Shown here: one piece after another, positions 16,971 through 25,940 of the stretch
Position numbering within the stretch: position 1 is the first letter of the stretch
How the letters are laid out: each line of letters opens with the position of its first letter
From: Thermoproteota archaeon
GTDB lineage: Archaea; Korarchaeota; Korarchaeia; Korarchaeales; Korarchaeaceae
Assembly: GCA_027491395.1 (NCBI GenBank)
Contig: JAOZFI010000024.1
Span: 1-31,264 of the forward strand
Reading direction: 5' to 3'
DNA: 31,264 nt
Notes under the pieces: generated by a model
The model's input: only the letters and a program-made list of their open reading frames with translations
Told to the model about the DNA's origin: nothing
Databases searched by the model: none
Made by a program: the position numbers and the translations under genes

Positions 16971-17288
16971 GTGAGCAGGCTCAACAAGTATGAAGACCTC
17001 AGAGATGAGGTAGAGAGGGCCATAAGGCCCTTCATCAAAGTGAAAGTATATCTGAGGGACGAAGCAGAGCAGGAGAGATCGGAGGATCTTCTTAAGAACG
17101 AGTATTACTTGGAAAGGGTGGAGAGGCTGACACATCTCTTCTTAGAGAGGAATGGGGCGTCTTTCCTCATAATTCCCCTCGATATACCCGTCGAGTATGC
17201 GAGGAGGCTTGAGCAGGACGAGAATTTCCTGAGTAAGGTGGAGGAGCTGGCTAGATCGGCCGGGGAAGCGGATGGTCCAGCTGACTGA
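16971..17288 (+). CDS. Hypothetical protein, translationally coupled to the permease
   Basis: Charged soluble ORF overlapping the next start; GTG 16971 preferred to TTG 16905 because an AT-rich promoter-like tract lies at ~16931-16947. Confidence 0.6.
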   Translation: MSRLNKYEDLRDEVERAIRPFIKVKVYLRDEAEQERSEDLLKNEYYLERVERLTHLFLERNGASFLIIPLDIPVEYARRLEQDENFLSKVEELARSAGEADGPAD

Positions 17289-18525
17289 TCCTCAGCTCGC
17301 AATTTTGGGCGTCTTCCTACTATCGATACTCCTCCTAGTCACCGAGAAGTACCACAGGGCCACCTCAGCCATGGTCTCCGCTGCAATCATGGTGTACTTC
17401 GGGGCCTACGTCTACGGGCTCTTCTCGCCTGATGAGGTCTTCGACTTCATTGACTGGCACACCCTCCTCTTCATCGTGGGAGTCCTCATCTTGGTGGAGG
17501 GGCTCTCCGAGTCGGGGCTCTTCCAAGCAATGGGCCTTCTTGTAGCGAGGACCCTCGCTAGGAGGAGGAACCTTCTCTTCGTGTCCTTCATGTACTTAAC
17601 CTTGGCGGTCACCCTCTTCTTGGCGAACTTCCCGGCCATGCTGGTCATGGCTGCAATCACCACAAGCCTCAGGGACCGACTGGGCATCAATCTGAAGAAG
17701 TGGATCATCTACGAGGCCGTGATTGCGAACAGCGGGGCCATGGGCCTAATGATAAGTAGCATACCCAACCTGATCGTTGCGCTCAACTTCGGGATAGGCT
17801 TCAACGAGTTCCTGAGGGTGGCCCTACCCCTGTCCCTCCTCCTCACGACCGTAACTGCGCTAGTGGGGGTGGCGACCGGTGGCCTCTACCGAGAGGGTGG
17901 AGGTGAGCTCACCGCCACTAGGAGCTCCTTCGCGAGAGGGAAGCTCGTCAGGTCCTTCCTGATCTTCTCCGCCTTCCTAGCCCTTATCGTGGCCAACCTA
18001 CCTCAATTCCCCATGGACCTCGTCGCGTTCCTCATGGCCACTCTCATGCTCTGGATGGGTGGGGCCGATCCGGACGAGATATTCTCCAACGTGGACTGGT
18101 CCACCGTCTTCTTTCTAGCCTCCTTCTACGTGGTGGTGGGAGGCGTGGAGAAGGCTGGTCTCTTAAACTACATATCTTCCTACATGGGTGGGTTGAGGGA
18201 GGCTCCCCTCACCTTCCTGACCCTGACATTGTGGTCCTCTGGGCTGTTGAGCGGGTTCGTGGACAACATACCAGTGGCCCTCACCTTCACCTCGATACTG
18301 AAGGCGATGCCCTCCCTCACCAAGGTCCTCCCTTACGCGGTCGCGGTGGGAGCTAATATAGGAGGTAACCTGACCTACTTCGCCTCGCCCCCCTCCCTCG
18401 TGGCTGTTGGAGTCCTCCAGAAGGAGGAAGGACTCAACCCGATGGAATTCACCAAGTACGGAGCTCCACTAACCTTCCTCCACCTTGTCGTGAGCGAGAT
18501 TTACTTTCTCCTCCTCTTCCCCTGA
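17272..18525 (+). CDS. ArsB/NhaD (SLC13/CitMHS) family anion or cation permease
   Basis: Multiple TM helices; IDW.TL, SGLF, ANSGAM...I...PNL, VDWST..F, SGFVDNIP, GANIGGNLT. Confidence 0.9.
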   Translation: MVQLTDPQLAILGVFLLSILLLVTEKYHRATSAMVSAAIMVYFGAYVYGLFSPDEVFDFIDWHTLLFIVGVLILVEGLSESGLFQAMGLLVARTLARRRNLLFVSFMYLTLAVTLFLANFPAMLVMAAITTSLRDRLGINLKKWIIYEAVIANSGAMGLMISSIPNLIVALNFGIGFNEFLRVALPLSLLLTTVTALVGVATGGLYREGGGELTATRSSFARGKLVRSFLIFSAFLALIVANLPQFPMDLVAFLMATLMLWMGGADPDEIFSNVDWSTVFFLASFYVVVGGVEKAGLLNYISSYMGGLREAPLTFLTLTLWSSGLLSGFVDNIPVALTFTSILKAMPSLTKVLPYAVAVGANIGGNLTYFASPPSLVAVGVLQKEEGLNPMEFTKYGAPLTFLHLVVSEIYFLLLFP

Positions 18526-19059
18526 TCTCCCCGCCAGCTCCCTCCCTAGCAGTTCGGAAAGGGTCTCTACCAAGGATTCGAAGCTTATCTTGAGCATCGA
18601 GTACACGGTCTTCACCAGATCGTAGACGAAGAGCAGCGAGATCAGGATGAATAGGACGGAGATAATCCTGATCACCGTGTCCGGCAGCAACCTGAAGAAG
18701 GGAGAGAGGCCGAACCACGCTAGGGCCGTGGATAGCAGGTAGAGGAAGTCCAAGCCTGCCCTCCTCAAATTCCCCTTCTCCCCTAAACCGAACCTCCTAG
18801 CTAGGATGTCACTCAACAGGTCTAAGAAGAAGAGCGAGTCCCTTAGGATCCAATACCCGTAGTATATGATCGCTAGGAGCCTAATCCCTCCTAGAATCTC
18901 GCTGGTGTCCAGAAGGAGGCCGAAAGCCTCGAATTTCATTCCACCGAACATGGCATCGAGAGCAGCTAAGGCGATCATTGCAACGATGAGCTTTATCAGA
19001 GAGCCTAAGATCCTCCTTATCCTGACTTTAAGCTCCTCTCTGTTCATTTCTACCTGCAT
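18469..19059 (-). CDS. Hypothetical membrane protein (about 4 TM helices)
   Basis: Hydrophobic segments; TATTATAA box at ~19076-19083 on the minus strand favours ATG 19059 or 19047. The 3' end overlaps the permease by 57 nt. Confidence 0.75.
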   Translation of the reverse strand: MQVEMNREELKVRIRRILGSLIKLIVAMIALAALDAMFGGMKFEAFGLLLDTSEILGGIRLLAIIYYGYWILRDSLFFLDLLSDILARRFGLGEKGNLRRAGLDFLYLLSTALAWFGLSPFFRLLPDTVIRIISVLFILISLLFVYDLVKTVYSMLKISFESLVETLSELLGRELAGRSGEEEEKVNLAHDKVEEG

Positions 19060-19189
19060 ATATAGAAATTGGAGCTTATAATACTTGTAGAGGGTGCCTA
19101 AGGGGAACTCCAAGTTTTAGCTCGCGTCGTCGCTATCTTCGGGAGCACTACGCGTGCACCATCAGGTTAGCGGGAGAGGAAGAAGCTCA

Positions 19190-19980
19190 TCAAGAGGAGA
19201 TGCGCGAAGTTTCCGTGCCGTCACCCTCGTCCCCGAGAAGCCCCTTATTATCCTCGTAGAACTCCCTGCACAATCCCTCCCCCCTCGGATCCTCGGCCAG
19301 AAGGCAGGCGTGATCGTAGATGTCTTGGATCGTGAGCTTCCTCTCCGGCAGGGCGTACTCCCTCCTCGCTAACAGGGGTTTCATCCCGTAGAGGTGGAAA
19401 GCGGAGAAGGCGGTCAGCGGGAGATCGAGGTCCGCCTTAGAAGCTAGGATGGCCTGCCACCCGTTGGTCCACACCACGGCCCCCCTCACCTGAAAGCTAC
19501 GGGCCAAGTAGCTCATGTAGCCGCTCAGGAGCTCCCTGAGTGTTCCCCAAGAGCCCTCGAGTCTAACCCAAGGGCGAGCGACGTATCCCCTTTCCATCTC
19601 TACTAGGGCCCTAGCCTCCAAGAGCTTCGAGAACCACCTGTCGAAAGTCCTCCTCGGGAGGCCGGATTGCCTGAGTATCTGGCTCCTCGCCAGAGGCCTC
19701 CAGGCAGTGAGGGCTATCCTCACCCCGGCCTCGGTCAGGAGGAGCGAGGCCGACCCTCCCCACCTCATGTCCCTCATCACCAGCGAGGTCAGCATCCTGG
19801 CATGATGTAGGGGGGAGGGCGAGATCTCCCTTCCGGTGACCACGAGGCCGTGGGATCGCAACGCGGAGAGGTGGGTGTAGACGGCCCTCTCGCTGATCCC
19901 CATGGCGCGGGCTATCTCGGAGACCGTGGAGGCCCCCATCAACACTTCCCGGAAAACTCCTACCTCGATCTGGTGAGCAT
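19190..19980 (-). CDS. Tandem winged-helix DNA-binding protein, possibly frameshifted near codon 4
   Basis: STVSEIARAMGISERAVYTHLSALRSHGLV and RSQILRQSGLPRRTFDRWFSKLLEARALV are two HTHs. The uninterrupted frame starts at GTG 19945; ATG 19980 (MLT) is out of frame by one base. Confidence 0.7.
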
Positions 19981-20232
19981 TTCACTTCAACAGTCTACAC
20001 AACTGATGGAGGATAAAATCCGTAAGTCAGCAGGCGATGGTGGCCGCCCTTCTATTAACCTCCACCGCTCCAGAGGTCTACTACCCCCTCTCTAAGATCT
20101 CTGGGTCATCCATCACGTGAGATTCGCTAGTTCACTGAAGTTCAAGTGTGGCAGGGATCGAGAAGATCGCATGGATGGGGACCACTGGGAATGGAGCCTG
20201 ACGCCGATTTTGGGTGTGTGATCTGAAAGGGT

Positions 20233-21312
20233 CTAGCCGGATGAGAGGACCACAGGCACCTTTCCATGGTGCTCTGCCACCGTGACAACGCGAACTCCTT
20301 CTCTTTCAGCCAGCTCGTATACTTCCCTGAGCCTCTCCTTGAACCTAGGCTCCCTAGGGAGGTGGTGATCCAGCAGGATCAGATTGCATCTGGCCTCCCT
20401 GACTATCCTCTTCAGGTTCTCAACGGCCCTCCTCAGGTTTATCCGGTTCAACATGTAGCCCAAGGTGTAGGTGGCCGGTCCATCTATCAGCGCCACCTCT
20501 GGCCCTTCCTCTATCACCCAGTCAGCGTAGTCCTCTATTATGGGCCCGTTCACATCTGAAGTGTACAGGACCTTCTCGCCGGCCCTCTCCACTGTCAAGC
20601 CGATGACCCATCCGACCCTGCTGAACTCAATTCCGTGGAACATGGGCCGAGTGAACCTCAACTTGGTCTCGCCGAGGGTGAACTCCCTCCCATCAGCGAA
20701 CCTCAACCTGAAGGCCTCGCCATCGTGCTCCGGTACCCTATCATATCTCCTCCACCTCTCGACCCTCTTGGAGAACCACTTCATCCCCTTATCCATAAGC
20801 TCCCTCTTCCTCTCCGAGTAGTCGGCGTAGTCCAAACTCATGGCGTGGGGAATTTGCTCCAACGGATCCCCGATCTCCAGCCCAAAGGGCTCCTCCATAA
20901 CCTCATCGAGCTCTATCCCCTCCATGGAGAACAGATTGGTGAAGAAGTGCAGGGCCCTCTCCCTCTGAGAATCATTTATGTACTCGTTCGGGGACTTGGC
21001 TAGGATCAGTCTTCCCCTGTAGAAGGGCTCTTCGAAGTCCGTGTAGTGGTCGTAATGGTAGTGAGTTATGACTACCACGTTCGCATCCTTCACTGCCTTG
21101 GAAATGGCCTCATAGCCCTCAATCAGCCACTTCTCCTTCATCTCCCACGACGCGGGGAAGGAGGGGTGCATTATCGCGACTCCCGGGTCCACCACGATGG
21201 AGGCGTCGGAAGTTCTGATGAGGGTGCAGAAGGACTTGGCTCCCAGTGAGTCAGCCCATACCGGTATCAGCTCCATGTTCCTGAGTTTCAGTGCTCTTTG
21301 GGGGACCACCAT
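20233..21312 (-). CDS. Metallo-beta-lactamase fold hydrolase, UPF0282/COG2248-like
   Basis: ADSLGAKS, VDPG, ITHYHYDH, ADG, FHG, YTSDVNGP, DGP.TY, LDHHL.R. Confidence 0.9.
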   Translation of the reverse strand: MVVPQRALKLRNMELIPVWADSLGAKSFCTLIRTSDASIVVDPGVAIMHPSFPASWEMKEKWLIEGYEAISKAVKDANVVVITHYHYDHYTDFEEPFYRGRLILAKSPNEYINDSQRERALHFFTNLFSMEGIELDEVMEEPFGLEIGDPLEQIPHAMSLDYADYSERKRELMDKGMKWFSKRVERWRRYDRVPEHDGEAFRLRFADGREFTLGETKLRFTRPMFHGIEFSRVGWVIGLTVERAGEKVLYTSDVNGPIIEDYADWVIEEGPEVALIDGPATYTLGYMLNRINLRRAVENLKRIVREARCNLILLDHHLPREPRFKERLREVYELAEREGVRVVTVAEHHGKVPVVLSSG

Positions 21313-21423
21313 CTAGACAGATGAGTCCTACTACAAAAGTCCATTGACATCGATGGGACCGGACTCCTCACCCCCCCCACCTATCCAGAGATCACCACTT
21401 AGACCCACAGCAGGAATTTCCAT

Positions 21424-21798
21424 ATGTTGGACTCGTCCAGCAGGATCACGCTCTTCAGGTATCTCCTGTGCGGCTTTCCCGCCTTCACCTCTACCTTGAG
21501 ACCATCCGCCACCGAGATCCGGGAGATTTTTCCGTTCGACGACTTCTCCGATGTTAAGAGGGTCCCAGCCCTCCTCATAGCGGGCGATGAAGATAAGCTC
21601 CTAGATGGAAAGGCGGGTACCGATGGGATCAACCATCAGGCCGAGTGCTTCGCCTCCCTGCTGAGGTCCAGAGGAGTACACGTGAGGACGCTGCACTTGA
21701 GGGGAGGCCACAGTGCTCCAGTCAGGAGAATCGTCGCTGGCGATGATGAAGTCCTCTCAACGATCAATGAATTCCTTTCAGATTTGACAGGCGACTAA
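21424..21798 (+). pseudogene. C-terminal fragment of an alpha/beta hydrolase
   Basis: VPALLIAGDED (acid) and L..rGv.v....l.GGH (His) are present, GxSxG is absent; in-frame TAG at 21400 upstream. Confidence 0.6.
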
Positions 21799-21940
21799 TT
21801 GTCTTGGAGCTGCCGGGCGCTGATAAATCAGCTTCGAGCCTGAGCTGTGTTGAGTGAATAGTTCAGACCTTTTCTATTGAGGAGATTCTCGCATGGAGGT
21901 ATGCGATTAGGTTTTAAGTTCACCCTCCTAGATTATCTAG

Positions 21941-22285
21941 ATGCATTCTCTGAGCCTCCTAGTTAGGGGGACGGGTCTCTGGGGAAGATCCGTCCTGATC
22001 TTTGCTGAAAAGCTCTCCTCCAAGCTGGGTGATCGACTCGTCATGGTGGCGGCCCTCGATGAGGAGGAGCCCCTGCTCTACGAGAGCAACGTGCTGGTGG
22101 TAGTGAGGGAGAGGGATGAGGGCGTGGTCTCGGAGGTGCTGAGGGCGAAGAGGGAGGTGGAGAGGGAGTTCGGTGAGAGGGTCTCCATAAGTCCGCTGAT
22201 AACCACGCCCGATGATCCTATAGTGGAGGCCTTCATGGAGGAGGCAGGCCAGGTGAGGAGGTTTGAGCGTAGAGAAGGCCGCTAG
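21941..22285 (+). CDS. Degenerate MNT-like protein, paralog of 870..1193
   Basis: F.ekL..kLGdrl..v, YESNVLVVVRE, ISPLITTPDDP; TTTTAA box at 21912-21917 and probably leaderless ATG. Confidence 0.65.
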   Translation: MHSLSLLVRGTGLWGRSVLIFAEKLSSKLGDRLVMVAALDEEEPLLYESNVLVVVRERDEGVVSEVLRAKREVEREFGERVSISPLITTPDDPIVEAFMEEAGQVRRFERREGR

Positions 22286-22631
22286 ACTGCTAGAAGAAGC
22301 CAGAATGGACTTGAAAGTTGGAAATTACAATAAGAGTGCCTCAGCAAGCTATTTCTCGGCTAGGATGATGGTAGAGCTTTTCCTCAGGTCTAGAAAGCTC
22401 TCAATTCCTAGGAGAGACGATAAGCTTGCTAATCTATTCGAGAATCAAGGGTTTAAGGAGCTTTCCAACGATCTCAGGAAGCTTTATGACGTCAGGAAGA
22501 AAGCGGACTACTCGGGAAAGTTCGTCACTCAGGAAGAAGCTGAGATCTCCATCGAAAGGGCGAGAGGCATAGTGGAAGCGTTGATGGGTTATTTAGGACG
22601 TAGGACAGACGATACCACGTCAGAGACCTGA
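22263..22631 (+). CDS. HEPN domain protein (UPF0332-like), paralog of 516..869
   Basis: KA..LLEEA..DL..g.YnkSaSasYFSaRM, RRDDKLAN, LYDVRKKADY; TTG start after GGAGG. Confidence 0.85.
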   Translation: MSVEKAARLLEEARMDLKVGNYNKSASASYFSARMMVELFLRSRKLSIPRRDDKLANLFENQGFKELSNDLRKLYDVRKKADYSGKFVTQEEAEISIERARGIVEALMGYLGRRTDDTTSET

Positions 22632-22741
22632 TTGTCGTGTTTAAATGCCTGTGGGAGATCAAGCTTCCGGACACTCGGAGCATCCACCGGCTCGAAGCGG
22701 ATGGATCTGATAGTTAAATCATTCACCCGGTACCGTCCTAT

Positions 22742-24634
22742 ATGCCGCGGCCGCTGCTACTAGATGACTTCTCCAAGCTAGTCCTGATGGGACCGCCGAG
22801 GGTGAGGCACGACGGAAAGTTCGTTGCGTTCCGCGTGGGAAGAGCCCTTCTAGAAGATAACGAGTATGATTACAGGATATGGGGATACGATATCGTTTCA
22901 GGAAGGATCCTCCCGTTGACTGAAGGTCCTAAGGACGGAAATCCCTCGTGGGAGCCTGGTGGAAGCAGATTTCTCTTCGTCAGGGGTACTGATGATGGGA
23001 GCGAGCTCTACGTGTGGAGCGGCGAATTCCCCGATTACAAGGTGTTGAAGCATGAGAACAGCATAGAGGGAGCAGAGTGGGCGTTCAAGGATATCGGAGT
23101 TGCCCTGTTCGTTGAAGGAAAGAAGGAAGAGGATGTGAGGACCATAAGAGAGATCCCCTTCTGGTTGAACGGAAAGAGCTGGACCTACTGGTCGGTGAAT
23201 AGGCTGAGAGGGGTGGATCTGAACACGGGCGAGACGTGGCCCATTTCTCCTCCCGAGCTGCACGTGAAGGACTTCATGCCATCTCCCGACGGAAGAAGAG
23301 TAGCGTTCCTCGCCCTTAAGGACAAGTCCAAACAATTGGATGTAAGCCTATTCGTCTCCGATATTTACGGGGAGGATGTGAGGGAGATCGGGCCCGGAAA
23401 TTGGTACCTGACCTACGTGAGCTGGCGGGGCGACGGAAGGGCGCTTGCCGTGGTGGGTCACGACAAGAGGAGAGGCCTCGTCACCAACAGGCACTTGCAC
23501 GAAACACCAGTGGATGAATGGGCTCCTGTTGACCTCTCCCCCATGGACAGGAGCCTAGGAAATAGCCTGAACAGCGACGTGAGGGGTGGCATGGACACTA
23601 GGCCCAAGTGGGCGAACGGCAGGTGGTACTTCTTGGTCCACGAGAGGACGGCCGTTCACCTGTACGAAAGCGACGGTGATCCAAGACCTGTCATATCAGG
23701 GTCCATCTCCATAGAGGGCTTCGACATAAGAGGCGGGAGGGTTTTCCTGACTGCAATGCGGATAGATGAACCCGCCGAACTGTACGAGGCCTCTCTAGCA
23801 GCAGGAATGGGCTCCCTCAGGAAGTTAACGCATTTCAACGAGGAATTCTTGAGTAGAGTCGAGTTAAAGAAGCCAGAGGAGTTCAAATTCAGGGCCAGCG
23901 ATGGAACGGAGGTTGAGGGCTTCTTCTACAGGCCTGAAGGTGACCCGCCGTATCCCACCGTTTTATACGTGCATGGAGGTCCGGCAACCGCTTTCGGACA
24001 TGCATTCATGCATGAGCTCCACCTCCTCAGGGAAAGGGGTTACTCAGTCCTAGCAGTCAATCCGAGGGGAAGTGAGGGGTATGGCGAGGACTTCAGAGAC
24101 ATAAGGGAGGGATACGGGGAGAGAGACTACCAAGATCTGATGGAAGCCGTGGACGAAGCGGTATCCCGTGGCCTAGCGGATCCGGAGAGGTTAGCGGTGA
24201 TGGGAGGGAGCTACGGTGGCTTCATGACGAGCTGGATCGTAGGACACACCTCCAAGTTCAGGGCTGCGATTACGATGAGGGGTATAAGCAACTGGATTAG
24301 TGAGTACGGGACCACCGACATAGGGTTCTTCTTCAATCCCGATCAGATAGGAGGCCATCCATGGGAGAATTTCGAGACCTACTGGGAGAAGAGCCCCTTA
24401 GCTCACGTGGCCAATGTGAAGACACCAACCCTAGTGATACACAGCCTGAACGACTACAGGTGCTGGGTGGATCAGGCCCTCCAGTTCTTCACCGCCCTGA
24501 AGGTGCTTGGAGTGGAGACGGAGCTGGTCCTCTTCCCAGAGGAGGATCACGACCTCAGCAGGAAGGGGAAACCGAAGCACAGGGTCGAGAGGCTGAAGAG
24601 GATAATCAAGTGGCTGGATGATCACCTGAGCTAG
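22742..24634 (+). CDS. S9 family serine peptidase (acylaminoacyl/dipeptidyl peptidase)
   Basis: N-terminal beta-propeller; VHGGP, NPRGS.GYG, nucleophile GGSYGG, Asp in NDYRC, His in EDHDL. Confidence 0.95.
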   Translation: MPRPLLLDDFSKLVLMGPPRVRHDGKFVAFRVGRALLEDNEYDYRIWGYDIVSGRILPLTEGPKDGNPSWEPGGSRFLFVRGTDDGSELYVWSGEFPDYKVLKHENSIEGAEWAFKDIGVALFVEGKKEEDVRTIREIPFWLNGKSWTYWSVNRLRGVDLNTGETWPISPPELHVKDFMPSPDGRRVAFLALKDKSKQLDVSLFVSDIYGEDVREIGPGNWYLTYVSWRGDGRALAVVGHDKRRGLVTNRHLHETPVDEWAPVDLSPMDRSLGNSLNSDVRGGMDTRPKWANGRWYFLVHERTAVHLYESDGDPRPVISGSISIEGFDIRGGRVFLTAMRIDEPAELYEASLAAGMGSLRKLTHFNEEFLSRVELKKPEEFKFRASDGTEVEGFFYRPEGDPPYPTVLYVHGGPATAFGHAFMHELHLLRERGYSVLAVNPRGSEGYGEDFRDIREGYGERDYQDLMEAVDEAVSRGLADPERLAVMGGSYGGFMTSWIVGHTSKFRAAITMRGISNWISEYGTTDIGFFFNPDQIGGHPWENFETYWEKSPLAHVANVKTPTLVIHSLNDYRCWVDQALQFFTALKVLGVETELVLFPEEDHDLSRKGKPKHRVERLKRIIKWLDDHLS

Positions 24635-24647
24635 GGGAGGTGATAGT

Positions 24648-25898
24648 TTGGAGGCCCTGACCCTCTCCCTCATCGATCAGCTTACCCCCCTCCTCTATCT
24701 ACTAGGCTTGGGCGTAGTGCTCTCGTTACTCTTCTCCCTAGTGGAGATGTTCTCCATCGATAGAGTACTGAAGCTGGTCAGAGGGAGGAGGGCCTTCGTC
24801 TTCCTAGGCAAGGAGGCGCACTATGGCAGGCTTCACATCCCACCTAGGAGTAAGGGCGGGTTCGAGGTGTTCTACGAGGATGCTGCCGTTGAGAATCCCC
24901 TGTCCCTCGTCGCGTTCCTCGTGGAGAACTACCACGAGACCGGGAACGAGAGGTTCCTTGAGAAGGCAAGGCTTATTCTCAACTACTTGAAGGAGAAGGG
25001 AGCGTTAAAGCAGGATGTCGAGATAGAGGACGTAAAGATAGATCCCTGGGCCCCTCCCAGCCTCGTCTCTAGGAAGGTCTACCCCAACGAGCTAGGAGAT
25101 CTGTGGATGATAGCGAGTTTCGTGGACTTCATGAGCGATGAGGAGAGGAAGAGGAGGTGGAAGGAGTTTACCTCACTCTACAGCAGGCCCTTCCTCAAGA
25201 GGCTCAAGAGGAAGGTTTACAATGCCCTTAGCTACGTCAAGGACAAGGTGGCCTCGTCCCTCACATCCACGGTCAGCGTGGTGACTCCTGCGGTCCCCAA
25301 GGATCTGAAGGCCCACTTGGAGGAGGCAGAGAAGAAAGCTGTTACCTCTCTGATCACCCAGACCTACGATCCTCTATTAGAGAATAGCATAGGTAGGCTA
25401 GTTACGGTGAGGATTGACGATGTGGAGGGTGAGAGGAAGCTTTACCAAGGCGTGCTGGCCGAGTACTCCGACAAGTACCTGTACGTGCTGGATGTGGACT
25501 ACAGGCTCCAGATGATAGCCACCTTCTCGGGAACTGTCAGGAGTGCCCCTTTAGTGAAGGTGTTCGGCAGGTACCTGCAGCTGGGAGATCATTTGAGTGT
25601 GGGGATGAAGGGCGAGGAGGCGGTGCTGAAGAATATATGGGAGAGGCCGATCAAGGTTGAGAAGCTTGTGAGCGACAATCAGGAGGTTAAGCTAAACAAG
25701 GTGCTTTTCCCCGGGGAGGAGGTGCGTGCCAAGGTCCCCGCTAGCGAATTCGTGATACATTACGAGATATCCTTGGAGGCCGATGTGGTCTGGCCGAGGA
25801 GCAAGGCCGTTATCGTGGGCCTCGGAGACTACCCGCCGGACATACTCGGGAGTGTTTTAGGCAGCGTCAAGCTGAGGGACTTGAGGAAGATCGTCTAG
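24648..25898 (+). CDS. Hypothetical protein with N-terminal membrane anchor
   Basis: 416 aa; TTG start after GGAGGTGA; single hydrophobic helix at about aa 14-33; appears co-transcribed with the peptidase. Confidence 0.85.
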   Translation: MEALTLSLIDQLTPLLYLLGLGVVLSLLFSLVEMFSIDRVLKLVRGRRAFVFLGKEAHYGRLHIPPRSKGGFEVFYEDAAVENPLSLVAFLVENYHETGNERFLEKARLILNYLKEKGALKQDVEIEDVKIDPWAPPSLVSRKVYPNELGDLWMIASFVDFMSDEERKRRWKEFTSLYSRPFLKRLKRKVYNALSYVKDKVASSLTSTVSVVTPAVPKDLKAHLEEAEKKAVTSLITQTYDPLLENSIGRLVTVRIDDVEGERKLYQGVLAEYSDKYLYVLDVDYRLQMIATFSGTVRSAPLVKVFGRYLQLGDHLSVGMKGEEAVLKNIWERPIKVEKLVSDNQEVKLNKVLFPGEEVRAKVPASEFVIHYEISLEADVVWPRSKAVIVGLGDYPPDILGSVLGSVKLRDLRKIV

Positions 25899-25940
25899 CC
25901 TTAAAGGGGGTCGGATGGTTATGACCCCCATATCAACACA

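Noticed and set aside
20033-20075. GGCGATGGTGGCCGCC resembling the 5' end of a fluoride (crcB) riboswitch
   Set aside because: The conserved downstream U(G/A)AUG plus pseudoknot segment is missing, and no co-oriented fluoride-related gene follows.
21820-21867. Possible C/D sRNA (TGATAA...CTGA...TGTTGA...CAGA)
   Set aside because: Three of four boxes are degenerate and no rRNA/tRNA target was recognised.
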